A stretch of DNA of 64,000 nucleotides, taken from IMG/VR virus record IMGVR_UViG_3300023055_000005, one strand, 5' to 3'. Source of the DNA: a virus. Its lineage: Duplodnaviria; Caudoviricetes. Below are positions 9,127-18,613 of the stretch, in pieces (position 1 is the first letter of the stretch; every line of letters starts with the position of its first letter). The translations under genes and the position numbers were made by a program. The notes under the pieces were generated by a model. The model was not told where the DNA came from, did no database searches, and saw only the letters and a program-made list of their open reading frames with translations.

Positions 9127-9151
9127 TTGAGTTCTATATAACTCAGGTGAA
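9127..9151 (+). promoter_or_regulatory. Phage (putative early) promoter copy 3
   Basis: TTGAGTTC-TATATA-ACTCAG-GTGAA; identical to copy 2 over the last 18 nt. Confidence 0.8.
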
Positions 9152-9213
9152 GTAGTACCCGCAATACCTGCAACACCCACCCTTATTTCCAAAACAAGCA
9201 AAGGAGTTTCACC

Positions 9214-9663
9214 ATGTCCGCAGTCCTCAAGAATTCCGCCACCACCGTCATCACCGCTGAAGTGCTGCGCCAGATCGCAGCCAAGCTGCCGCAGATCGAA
9301 TACAACCCCGATTGGGCCAACGGCACCGGTTACTTCAACGGCGCCTGTGAGTTCAAGCTGGAGCACACCGCCGCCTTCACCGATGACATCGGCCGTGTCG
9401 GCATCATCCACCCGGTTGACCTGCCGCAGGGCCGTACCGGCAACATCGTCCTGTTCCAGCGTGACAGCAGCAGCCGTGTCTGCGCCAACGTCCCGCTGGG
9501 CTACAACAACGATGACGAAGAAAACGCCAACATCGGCAAGACCTACCAGGGCAAGATGGTCACCAACGGCTTCACCCTCAGCGCCCATGGTCGCTGGTAC
9601 GACTACGAAGATCTGTCCAACCGCATGATCTTCGACCTGGACACCCTGCTCGCCCTCGCATAA
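9214..9663 (+). CDS. Conserved jumbo-phage early protein (W-x-NGTGY family)
   Basis: AAGGAGTTTCACCATG leader; DWANGTGYF..DDIGR..GNIVLFQR. Confidence 0.8.
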   Translation: MSAVLKNSATTVITAEVLRQIAAKLPQIEYNPDWANGTGYFNGACEFKLEHTAAFTDDIGRVGIIHPVDLPQGRTGNIVLFQRDSSSRVCANVPLGYNNDDEENANIGKTYQGKMVTNGFTLSAHGRWYDYEDLSNRMIFDLDTLLALA

Positions 9664-9691
9664 ACCAACCCAAGTAAAAGGATTCCCGCTC

Positions 9692-9874
9692 ATGTCCCTG
9701 GACGAACGCATTGAACGTAGTCGTCGCGAACTCCTGGCCCACATTGGCGGGAAGTCCGATTACCAGATCCGCGACGAAGCACGCCGCTTCAACGCAGCAC
9801 ATCAGTACAAGAACAACAACTCCTCCGCACAGGTCAAGCGCCTGTGCAACTCCTCCTACAAGTTCGACGCCTAA
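9692..9874 (+). CDS. Hypothetical protein (60 aa)
   Basis: AAGGA SD, biased codons. Confidence 0.65.
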   Translation: MSLDERIERSRRELLAHIGGKSDYQIRDEARRFNAAHQYKNNNSSAQVKRLCNSSYKFDA

Positions 9875-9889
9875 GAAAGGAATCTCCAA

Positions 9890-10171
9890 ATGTTCATGCA
9901 CTCCTCCGAACGTACCGCCCTGTTCGCAACCGCCGCCATCGCTGCAGTCATCGTCGGCGCCGCCGTTGTCCACCAGCGCAAGCAGAAGAAGGCGATGACC
10001 GAGTTCGAAGAATCCATCGCCAACCTCGGCAAGATCAACCTGAGCCCGGCTGCCACCTTCGCCGCTCACGGCGGCGTGGTTGAACTGTCCAAGTTCCGCG
10101 CAGCCAAGGGCAAGAAGGCCGCAGCCAAGAAGACCCCCACCAAGAAGCCGGCCGTTCGTAAGGTCCGCTAA
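9890..10171 (+). CDS. Single-pass membrane protein with histone-H1-like tail
   Basis: ALFATAAIAAVIVGAAVV; tail AKGKKAAAKKTPTKKPAVRKVR. Confidence 0.8.
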   Translation: MFMHSSERTALFATAAIAAVIVGAAVVHQRKQKKAMTEFEESIANLGKINLSPAATFAAHGGVVELSKFRAAKGKKAAAKKTPTKKPAVRKVR

Positions 10172-10172
10172 C

Positions 10173-10268
10173 ATGGGCAGCCTGATCTGGCGCGTCTCCT
10201 CCCGCGCTGTCGTGGCTGCGGGCATCATCTACCTCCTCAACTTCCACCCGATGAACAAGTACGAATAA
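10173..10268 (+). CDS. Hydrophobic micropeptide (31 aa)
   Basis: TAAGG SD; MGSLIWRVSSRAVVAAGIIYLLNFHPMNKYE. Confidence 0.5.
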   Translation: MGSLIWRVSSRAVVAAGIIYLLNFHPMNKYE

Positions 10269-10317
10269 TCGTACCTCATCAATCCCTTCTCGCAATACCA
10301 ATCCAAGGAGTTTCACC

Positions 10318-10755
10318 ATGACTTTCGCAAACATCGTCTTCGTCGCCATGACCGTCGCCTGCCTGTTCGGTGCATACCAGCTGTACTGCATGCACACCGG
10401 CAAGCTGACCAAGCGCATCCTGCGCAACGTACACCGCCTGACCGATTCCCTGTTGGCCATGAACCGCCGCACCAGTTCCGAGCGTCAGGACTGGGTGGGT
10501 CAGATGAACCTGTGGTACGGCGTCATCACCGTGGTCTTCTGCCTGGTGGCCGTGTACTTCGGTGCCATCCACGTCTGCATCCCGCTGATCGCCGCCTTCG
10601 GTATCACCCGCGAAAGCAACGCCATGTACCTGCGACTGGTGGAAGCTGACGTGGCCAACCTCGAAGAGAGCGCCAACACCATCAAGCGTGACATCATGGA
10701 AGGTTGCCGTAATCTGGACCTGAGCAACATCAGCGCCAACGTCGACCGTCTGTAA
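10318..10755 (+). CDS. Multi-pass membrane protein
   Basis: AAGGAGTTTCACCATG leader; two to three hydrophobic segments. Confidence 0.8.
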   Translation: MTFANIVFVAMTVACLFGAYQLYCMHTGKLTKRILRNVHRLTDSLLAMNRRTSSERQDWVGQMNLWYGVITVVFCLVAVYFGAIHVCIPLIAAFGITRESNAMYLRLVEADVANLEESANTIKRDIMEGCRNLDLSNISANVDRL

Positions 10756-10757
10756 GC

Positions 10758-10812
10758 GGCATAGCTGGGCTCCCCGCGAGGGGAGCCCAGTATCCAGTCC
10801 TCTTTTTTTTTG
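10758..10812. terminator. Bidirectional terminator between convergent genes
   Basis: GGCATA, an 11-bp stem ctgggctcccc/ggggagcccag, then a T-tract. Confidence 0.85.
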
Positions 10813-10814
10813 CT

Positions 10815-12560
10815 TTACGCGTGCTCTGCCTGACGCGCACGTTCACCGATGCGGTGGATGTTGTCCAACACGTCCGGGTTCTGAACCAGTCCGCGGTCAC
10901 GACGGAAGTTCTGCAGGAGCGTATCCATGCTCGGGGCGTTGTACAGGGTACGCACGATCTCCACGGCATTGGTAGTGCCGCCGGTGATGTTGATGCCCTG
11001 TGCACGCTGCACCTCTTCGGGAATGTCGCGCATCATGCACAGCTCGCGCAACGTGGTTTCCTTGGAGATGTTCATCACCACTTCCAACGTCGGGTAAGTA
11101 CCAACGGCGTCGCAGTCTGCCACGTGAGTGAAGATTGCGGTGGGATGGTTCGGCAGCTCTTCGATCAGACAGACACCATCGTCGACCAGGTACGAAGGCA
11201 GCGTCACGATCCAGTCGTTCATACCGAGCACGAACTTGTCGTTCTCATCCACCATGTCACGACCGGTGGAACCCATGATCTTGCCTTCGTTCTGCACGAA
11301 GAAATGCAAGTCATCGCAGGTGCGCTTGGGCTGAGACGGGAACTTGCTGTACTCGGAGTGTTCGACCAGAACCGAGATCACGCGCTTCAGATCGTTGGTC
11401 TCATCATCGAGCATCTCCATACCAACGCAGTCGAACACGTTGTAGATGCAGTACTCGATCGGGTACTTGCTCTGCATGAACTTGTGCCAGTCCAGACCCT
11501 TCAAATGGTCAGCGACGTCGAAGTTCAGCTTGCGCACACCCAGGTTCTTGTTGAGGATGTGATCCAGTCGGTAACTGGTTTCATTACCCTTGGTGACACG
11601 CAGCTTCTTGTAGACGCACATGGCGTCAAGGAAGACGAAGGCGGACGGACATTCCATCGTGTGCCAACGATCGGCAGGGTGGATGGGTTTCAGTGCGCCA
11701 GTTGCGGTCTGCTGCTTCGAACGTCCTTCCTTGTATCGGACAAAGCGGAATGCCGGCGGAACACTCGGATCGGAGAACACGTCAGCGGAGTTGATGCGTT
11801 CACGTTCCAGTGCAGCCAGGATCTTGGGTAAGTCGAAGTTGATGTTCCAGATCGCGATGATGTCAGGCGAGATCTCGTGAGCACGTTCGAAGATCTTCCT
11901 GATCAGCTCACCCGGCGTCTTACCAAAGTGAACCTGCAAGTTGATCCCTCGTGCCTTCTTGACTTCGCCGAGGTAGGTTTCCATCGCATTGTGCAGAGCC
12001 TTCTCAGGCTCAGGGATGTGCTTGACGAACGAGTCCTTGACGCAGAGGATGACATCCTGCTTGCAGGCCAAGGTGATCGAGACGATCTCCTCAGTACCAT
12101 GAACAACGTCCGTTTCAATGTCGAGCGTGGCCACCAAGTTATCGCTGATGTGCTGCGGGAACTTGTGACGGTAACTGTGCTTCAGCAGAACCGGGGTGGT
12201 GATGTCCGAACCGTAGAGGTACGGAGACATGCCTGCCATCGGCATGCCGCCCTGGATCATGCCGCGGCCGAGCGCCTTGGATACACTGGCCAACAGCTTG
12301 TGCTGAGGCGTGGTGTACTTCTGCAGCTTGTCAACGTCCTCCCACTCCTTCTTATCGGTGTGGTTGCGGAAGTTCGGCTTGGTGACGTAGAAGTCACGGG
12401 GGTAATCCTTGAAGCGACGGATGCGGGGGACACAGCGACCATCCTTCAGATAGACCTTCTCCTTCACGACCAAAAGGTCGAAAGGTGCGTCTTTCGGATG
12501 GCAGTAAACGGCGTGTTTACACTCCAATCCGACAATGTCTTCCTGTTTAATTTGGGTCAT
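10815..12560 (-). CDS. gp82: Split family B DNA polymerase, exonuclease/motif-A subunit (phiKZ gp82-like)
   Basis: ExoI LDIETD, ExoII WNINFD, ExoIII YNVFD and a motif-A-like DAVGTYP; no motif C in this chain, as expected for the phiKZ gp82/gp50 split. Confidence 0.88.
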   Translation of the reverse strand: MTQIKQEDIVGLECKHAVYCHPKDAPFDLLVVKEKVYLKDGRCVPRIRRFKDYPRDFYVTKPNFRNHTDKKEWEDVDKLQKYTTPQHKLLASVSKALGRGMIQGGMPMAGMSPYLYGSDITTPVLLKHSYRHKFPQHISDNLVATLDIETDVVHGTEEIVSITLACKQDVILCVKDSFVKHIPEPEKALHNAMETYLGEVKKARGINLQVHFGKTPGELIRKIFERAHEISPDIIAIWNINFDLPKILAALERERINSADVFSDPSVPPAFRFVRYKEGRSKQQTATGALKPIHPADRWHTMECPSAFVFLDAMCVYKKLRVTKGNETSYRLDHILNKNLGVRKLNFDVADHLKGLDWHKFMQSKYPIEYCIYNVFDCVGMEMLDDETNDLKRVISVLVEHSEYSKFPSQPKRTCDDLHFFVQNEGKIMGSTGRDMVDENDKFVLGMNDWIVTLPSYLVDDGVCLIEELPNHPTAIFTHVADCDAVGTYPTLEVVMNISKETTLRELCMMRDIPEEVQRAQGINITGGTTNAVEIVRTLYNAPSMDTLLQNFRRDRGLVQNPDVLDNIHRIGERARQAEHA

Positions 12561-12645
12561 TAAGAGCTCCGCTGAGTACCGCTATTCCTGAGACTATACT
12601 ATCACTATGAGCAGTAAATAATCACAGAGATCCAAAGGAACCCCT

Positions 12646-13953
12646 ATGGCCGCCCTCGGCGACTGGTTGCTCAGTCAAGAAGCAATCGATTTCCAGAACA
12701 ACCCGCGAGCACTCGAAGCGCTGGCTGAAGCCTTCACCAAAGCGATGGAAGTGCCGGTGCGTGACGGCCGTCAGCTCGATGAAGCTGGACTGGCCAAACT
12801 CGTCTTTGACCTGACGGGAATGAAGGTCCGCTTCTTCGTCTTTGAGAGCCAGAGCATCGACGCTTTCGTTCTCATCCCGGCAATGCGCAACGGCCACTCC
12901 TGGTTCCCTTCCCCCACCCCGCAGAAGTGGGCTTCATGGGAAGCGCTGAAGAAACTGGAAGAAGTCGGCAACATGATCGAAGGCGAGGTCAATCTCAAAA
13001 CGGGCCGCGTCTCCGGCGTGTTCTCCGAGATCGACATCGACGTCTTCTTCGCCACCGGCTGGTTCAAGCTCAACCTCACTCCGATGGAGCGCGTGGCCAT
13101 CCTCCTGCATGAGCTGGGTCACCCGTTCACGTACTTGGAGTATCTGAACGAGACCACGCGTACCAACTACGCAATGGCCGCCATCAAGGAAGGGTTCGCC
13201 CAGTCCGAAGATCGCACCAACCGCTACAAGTTGGTCGCCCAGCTGGAGAAGACCCTCAACGTCACGCTGGCAGATCACAACGGCCTGGTCACCGCTACCG
13301 ATCCGGGTGTGGTCGAAGTCATCGTAGTTACCTCCGTGGTTGACCGGGTTCGCTCTGAAATGGGCAACAGCACCTACGACAACTTCGCCATGGAGTCGCT
13401 GGCTGATCAGTACGCCTCCCGCATGGGTGCTGGCGCTGAGCTGGCATCGGCACTGGTCAAGATCAGCAAGGCAGGCTTCGCTCGTTCGACCGCCTCGTCC
13501 GCTCTGCTGTTTGGCTATGAGTACTTCGCCACGATGTATCAGGTTCTGCCGCGCATGTTGGTTACCATGCTCGCATTCAGCCTCAGCGGCCCTCTGGCAG
13601 TAGCCACGGCATTGGGGTCACTGCTCTACGGCAAGAACGACCTCGGCAAGTACGAAGACCTCCCAGCTCGTCTGGCGGCAATCGAGCGGGACATGATCGG
13701 TCGTCTGCGGAAGGGGAACCTGCCCAAATCCAAGGTCGAGCAGTTGGTTCGCGATCTGCGTGCAACCCGCCAGATCATCGACTCCACCAAGACCGAAGAA
13801 ACGGTGGTCTCTCGCATCGTGACGTTCTTCTCTCTGCGTGCACGTAGTCAGCGCAATGCCGTCTCTGCCCAGCGTGAGCTGGAGAAGCTGGGTCGCTCGC
13901 GTCTGTTCGTCACCGCAGCCGAAATCAATCTCAATCTGAAGGTGAACAACTGA
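12646..13953 (+). CDS. Virion protein with M48-like zinc metallopeptidase motifs (gp84-like by synteny)
   Basis: LLHELGH plus a downstream ESLADQYA; hydrophobic C-terminal helices. Confidence 0.7.
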   Translation: MAALGDWLLSQEAIDFQNNPRALEALAEAFTKAMEVPVRDGRQLDEAGLAKLVFDLTGMKVRFFVFESQSIDAFVLIPAMRNGHSWFPSPTPQKWASWEALKKLEEVGNMIEGEVNLKTGRVSGVFSEIDIDVFFATGWFKLNLTPMERVAILLHELGHPFTYLEYLNETTRTNYAMAAIKEGFAQSEDRTNRYKLVAQLEKTLNVTLADHNGLVTATDPGVVEVIVVTSVVDRVRSEMGNSTYDNFAMESLADQYASRMGAGAELASALVKISKAGFARSTASSALLFGYEYFATMYQVLPRMLVTMLAFSLSGPLAVATALGSLLYGKNDLGKYEDLPARLAAIERDMIGRLRKGNLPKSKVEQLVRDLRATRQIIDSTKTEETVVSRIVTFFSLRARSQRNAVSAQRELEKLGRSRLFVTAAEINLNLKVNN

Positions 13954-14411
13954 TGGACGGCATTCCTGATTCTGTGACCATGGCGCTGGACTGCGACGGC
14001 CTCATGGGCAAGGAGCGTCTGGAGGTGGTCACCAGTGCACTGGCGCTTGCAATGGCCTACGCACTTCCCCTGCCCTCTGGCGCAGTGGAGAACGTGGAGC
14101 TCTACTTCTCGCAGAACTTCCGCGAAGAAACCAACCGCATCATCTCCAAGGTCAACGAACGTGAGCCGCTGAACATCCCGGCCATCCAGTCGTTGACGGC
14201 GAGTCTGTGGAAGACCCGCTACCGCATGGTGTTCGAACCCAGCCACCCCTCGGCGATCATCGCCCTGGAACAAGCGCTGGCCTCCGGCACCCTCGGCGAG
14301 ATCAACTTCGATCTCGTCTCCTCCCTCCGTGACGAAAAGCGCCAGCGTCAGATTCGCTTCCTGACCCGGCGCTTTGAAGAGCACACCACCAAACAAGGCG
14401 AGAAGTTCTGA
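13953..14411 (+). CDS. Virion-module protein (gp85-like by synteny)
   Basis: TGATG coupling on both sides. Confidence 0.7.
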   Translation: MDGIPDSVTMALDCDGLMGKERLEVVTSALALAMAYALPLPSGAVENVELYFSQNFREETNRIISKVNEREPLNIPAIQSLTASLWKTRYRMVFEPSHPSAIIALEQALASGTLGEINFDLVSSLRDEKRQRQIRFLTRRFEEHTTKQGEKF

Positions 14412-15661
14412 TGGACGTTACCGATCTCGATGAAACCACCCTGCTTCCGGAAGACTTCGGTAGCGAAGAGCTGTCCAAGATGGAAGACGTGGAGACCTCC
14501 ATGGAGGCGCTGCTCGGACACATCGAACGTATCGCTGAAGTCGGCGGTATCTCGATGGAGCAGGCCGAACAGCTGGTGGTCGAACACGCCATCGAACTTG
14601 GCCGCATCCCGGTCAAGAGCTTCACCAAGGAACCTTCCACCACCAACCTGAAGGTGGCGCAGGAAGCAATCACCGTGGGTCAGGCTGTCCTGATCGGCGC
14701 TCTGGTCGGCGTGGCAGCAGCCCTGCTCATCAAGCTGACGGTGTGGATGGTGGAGTACTTCCGCAGCAACCGCACCAAGGAAGCCAAGACCTCCGTGGTG
14801 GTCAACAACGTCATGGCGCTGAACGAAGCCATGGACGAAGTCGAGCCGCTGTTCCAGGGCACCGCATTGCAGGAGATCCGCAAGCGCCTGGGCAACGACC
14901 GTGAAATGGTGTCGCAGCTGCGCGCCATCCATGAAGACCTGCTGACCAGCGGTCCGTTCTCCACGTTCCTGGGCACCTGCTGGGAGAAGCTGGATCAGTG
15001 GGAGGAGAAGCTCAGCGAGAAGATCTCCAACTACATCCGTCTCTCCGGCCAGACCGTGCGCGAAGGCGACCAGCGCTCCAACGACGTGCTGGTGGAAATG
15101 CTCGATGAGATCGCACGTCCCATTCCGATGTTCTCCTTCCCCAGCGAAGTGACCGCCGGTGTGTTCGTGTCCGAATCCATCCACTCGGACATCCTGCCGG
15201 TGGCCAACGCCATCTACCAGTCGGTGACCAAGCTGGATCAGCAGCCGGTGGCAGTGGACGATATCGACCGCCTGGTCAAGCGTGTGGTCGATGGTGCCTT
15301 CGTGACCCGTTCGGTCTACGGTCCGATGGAAAGCTCCCTGCGTGGCGCCGTTCGTCTGAACGCAGCCGCCCGGAAGCTCAAGTCCGTGGAGAAGACCACC
15401 TCCAACGATCCGCGCGTGGCCTCCACCTACAGCAAGGCGCTGAAGAACATCACCGAAGAGACCCGTGCTCTGGTGGTCATGTGGAACTCAGTGGAAGTGA
15501 TGGCAGCGGCCCGTCGTCGCCTGCTCACGCTTTCGCTGAACCGCATGCTGGCCTTCTTCTCCGAGTTGAACAAGGTGGCCATGGCATCCGAAGACGCTGA
15601 ACTGCGTGGTCGTATCGCCAAGATCACCGCCGAACTGAAGCGCCGCATGCGTCGTTTCTGA
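14411..15661 (+). CDS. Head/ejection protein (gp86-like by synteny)
   Basis: Acidic propeptide with SMEA/AQEA protease-type sites, then a hydrophobic segment. Confidence 0.65.
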   Translation: MDVTDLDETTLLPEDFGSEELSKMEDVETSMEALLGHIERIAEVGGISMEQAEQLVVEHAIELGRIPVKSFTKEPSTTNLKVAQEAITVGQAVLIGALVGVAAALLIKLTVWMVEYFRSNRTKEAKTSVVVNNVMALNEAMDEVEPLFQGTALQEIRKRLGNDREMVSQLRAIHEDLLTSGPFSTFLGTCWEKLDQWEEKLSEKISNYIRLSGQTVREGDQRSNDVLVEMLDEIARPIPMFSFPSEVTAGVFVSESIHSDILPVANAIYQSVTKLDQQPVAVDDIDRLVKRVVDGAFVTRSVYGPMESSLRGAVRLNAAARKLKSVEKTTSNDPRVASTYSKALKNITEETRALVVMWNSVEVMAAARRRLLTLSLNRMLAFFSELNKVAMASEDAELRGRIAKITAELKRRMRRF

Positions 15662-15663
15662 AC

Positions 15664-15705
15664 AACATAGAGGGAGGGGCGAAAGCCCCTCCCCTTATGC
15701 CTTTT
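15664..15705. terminator. Bidirectional hairpin with CATA...TATGCC flanks
   Basis: gggaggggc-gaaa-gcccctccc between convergent genes. Confidence 0.85.
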
Positions 15706-18613
15706 ACTTGGCTTTGGCGTGACGCAGCGGATCGATCTGCACGTCGTCTTCAACCGCCAGGGTGTCATCGCTCTTGGCGACAAGACGCTTGCGGACGGAG
15801 CAACGCAGAGTATCATCCAGTGTCGTGATGACGGGGAAGTTGTTGGCTCCACCCAGACCAGACACACTGAATGCGATCGCTTCATTGCCGATCTCTTCGC
15901 GCAGCTTATCGGTGATGTCATCGATGCTCACCACCGACTGGATCAGACGATCAGCGATGACCAGCTTGATCGAACGAGTCAGCGACTCACGCAGACGTGC
16001 ATCAGCGTATTCCGCACGGCCCAGGTACAGACCCACACGCAGACCCTGTTCAGCCGGGATGGTGGAGATCAGACCTTCTTCAACCATGACCTGCACGTTG
16101 CCCAGCGTGGTCTGCGGAGCGAAGTACAGTTCGGTGCCTTCCAGCAACTTGGCCCGGATTGCAGCGATGTCAGTGCTGAGCCAACGCACCACCGTACGCG
16201 CCGTGGTGTCACGGTAGTCGATGGAGGTCGGGTTGGTGGAGAACCAGTACTTGCCGTCCAGGAAGAACAGGTCGATCTGACGCTGCATCTTCCGGGTGGA
16301 CTCCACGATCGGATTGCCTTCGGCATCACGCATGACGTCACCCTTCGGGAAACGAATCATCGGTTTGCCTTCGTCGTCCAGACGGACCTCGCCCTTGGCA
16401 TGGAGCATCCGGTACTTGATCTCGCCATCGACGATATCGTACAGGATCGTGCCAGTCTTGGGATCGCGTTCGAACTCGGGTTCCTCGTAGACCCACGGCA
16501 CGTCAGCGGCGTACTTCTTGAAGTCCTCATCGGACACCACCGAACGAGACGCCGTCCACAGTCCGTCCAACGAACTGCCCAGGTTGCTATTGAACTTCTC
16601 ATGGGTCAAGGCGATGGCGTCTTCCGGCAGCATCTCCTTGGCAATGATCAGGTCGATATCGGTGGTCAGCGTATCGGCTGGGCGGTAGTCGCTCAGCACG
16701 TAGACCAGATCGAAGCTCTCGGTCAGCGATGCCGGCACCGGACGGGTGCTTCCACCAAACATCTGGAAGTTGGTCAGGTACAGGTCGTGGTTGGAGTTGA
16801 TGTCCAGGTTGGACTCCAGCTCGAACACGAAGGCGCGCTCACCGGTTTCCATCTTGACTTCCAGCACGCCATTGAGGTAAGCACGACCGCTCTCACCAGT
16901 GGGCTGGAAGCTCAGCTGAGCATGGACGCTCGAATCGGGCAGCGCCAGTGCTTCTTCGCTCGATGCGGTAACGACGGTGATGCGATAACCCTTGTCGGTA
17001 CGCTCGATGTCGAAGCTGTCCGTGGAGATGGTCATCCCCAGCGTGTCGTTCTCGGCGATGAAGTTGCGGCTGTCGATGGACGGATCGTCCAGGTAATAGC
17101 CACGGGCCTCGAAGACATTGCCGGTGATATCCAGCACGTAGTGGTACGGGCTGTACAGATAGCGCTCTGCATTGATCAGGCGCGCCTGCGTCTCCAGGAT
17201 CGTGCTGCGGATCATGTCCAGCTCGTCTTGCTCCACGATCTTCGTCAGACCGTTGTCGAGCTTGTACAGGATCTCCGGCGTCAGCGTGACGCGCTCACCG
17301 TTGTCCCTGACACCCTTGTAGCCCTTCAGGCCGTCCAGGGACTGCTGGAAGGTCATGATGCCAGCGCCGATGGGGCTGAGCACCGAACCATCTTCAGGCA
17401 GCGGCAACGGACGGGAGGTCTTGTAGATGCGGCGGGTCAGGTTGTCCACGGTCTTGACCGAGGAGTAGCCTTCGTTGGTCAGCGTGGAGATGATCTGCCA
17501 CGGGGTGATCGGCTGGTTGGATGCGCCGTGGGCATTCATCATGACCTGCTCGCGCAGTTCTTCGAAGCCCTTGGCACCGCTACCACCAGTCACGACTTCA
17601 TCGGAGAAGATGAGCATCGTGCTGAGGTTCTCCAGCGCAGCCCAGTACAACCCGTTGTCGTCGTTGTCGAAGTCCTGCCAACGGTAGCCGAACGCGTCGG
17701 ACTCGTAGTTGGACAGGATCATGGACAGGTCACCCTCGGTGGAGTACACGTCCAGACGCAGCTGACGCTTGATCGTACCTGCCGTGGCGTACACTTCCGG
17801 GACCGAGTACAGCACGCGGTCGGAGAACACCTGCAGCGCAACCGTGGGTTGTGCCGGATCGAAGACCTGCTTGGTCTCGGTGGTGAGGATCTCTTCCCAC
17901 GGGCCATCGCCGGAACGGTGGTAGGCACGGGTGGCGTAGTAGCTACCAGCAAAGCTGATGGCGCCACTGGTCGGCGAAGCACGGCTGACGGTGAAGTTGC
18001 TGGTGCTAACCTTCATCTGCATCACCGGGATTTCGATGAACAACATCTCGATCCCACCCTGGGCGGTACTCTTCCAGGTCTTCAGCAGGTTGGTGGACAA
18101 CGGCATCAGCGGAGACGGACGGGAGACGTCGTAGACAACGCGCTCGGTGCCAGCACTGTTGATGCGGATCTCGATCGGGTACTGCATCGAGAAGGTGATG
18201 CCTGCGACAGTGAACTCGGTATTGCGCGGGATCACCATCTTCTGCACGCCATTCACGCCGGTCGGCACAGCACGAGCCAGCACTTCTTCCAGTGCCATCG
18301 CCACGGTGATCGTGGTACGCGCCGGAGTTGCCCAGCGGCCGATGTAGTCCTTGTCGGACATGTGCAGGTACAGTTCCTCTTCGTCCAGTGCCATGCGGGC
18401 GAACTGGCGACGGGTGTTGGCGGCACTTTCATGCATGGCCGAGGCGGCCAGCGTGGCTGCCATTTCGATCAGCTGCACAGCAGGCTGGCTGGCGTCGACG
18501 AAGATGAGATCTCCGTTGTTGGCCTGCTCCAGCATGTTGATGCCAACTTCGAACATGGCGCCGGGGTTGTAGCGTGCCTTGTCCAACAGCACCATTACTT
18601 CGTTCGAGTTCAC
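15704..18613 (-). CDS. Large baseplate (wedge-like) structural protein (gp87-like by synteny)
   Basis: 969 aa from GTG 18613 (GAGGAGG SD, GTGA overlap with the upstream stop); beta-rich. Confidence 0.7.
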   Translation of the reverse strand: MNSNEVMVLLDKARYNPGAMFEVGINMLEQANNGDLIFVDASQPAVQLIEMAATLAASAMHESAANTRRQFARMALDEEELYLHMSDKDYIGRWATPARTTITVAMALEEVLARAVPTGVNGVQKMVIPRNTEFTVAGITFSMQYPIEIRINSAGTERVVYDVSRPSPLMPLSTNLLKTWKSTAQGGIEMLFIEIPVMQMKVSTSNFTVSRASPTSGAISFAGSYYATRAYHRSGDGPWEEILTTETKQVFDPAQPTVALQVFSDRVLYSVPEVYATAGTIKRQLRLDVYSTEGDLSMILSNYESDAFGYRWQDFDNDDNGLYWAALENLSTMLIFSDEVVTGGSGAKGFEELREQVMMNAHGASNQPITPWQIISTLTNEGYSSVKTVDNLTRRIYKTSRPLPLPEDGSVLSPIGAGIMTFQQSLDGLKGYKGVRDNGERVTLTPEILYKLDNGLTKIVEQDELDMIRSTILETQARLINAERYLYSPYHYVLDITGNVFEARGYYLDDPSIDSRNFIAENDTLGMTISTDSFDIERTDKGYRITVVTASSEEALALPDSSVHAQLSFQPTGESGRAYLNGVLEVKMETGERAFVFELESNLDINSNHDLYLTNFQMFGGSTRPVPASLTESFDLVYVLSDYRPADTLTTDIDLIIAKEMLPEDAIALTHEKFNSNLGSSLDGLWTASRSVVSDEDFKKYAADVPWVYEEPEFERDPKTGTILYDIVDGEIKYRMLHAKGEVRLDDEGKPMIRFPKGDVMRDAEGNPIVESTRKMQRQIDLFFLDGKYWFSTNPTSIDYRDTTARTVVRWLSTDIAAIRAKLLEGTELYFAPQTTLGNVQVMVEEGLISTIPAEQGLRVGLYLGRAEYADARLRESLTRSIKLVIADRLIQSVVSIDDITDKLREEIGNEAIAFSVSGLGGANNFPVITTLDDTLRCSVRKRLVAKSDDTLAVEDDVQIDPLRHAKAK

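Noticed and set aside
3521-12560. Introns or inteins in the RNAP or DNA polymerase genes (also checked thyA)
   Set aside because: The frames are continuous and of plausible length, with no splicing or homing-endonuclease motifs. The thyA inserts are short and lack intein blocks.
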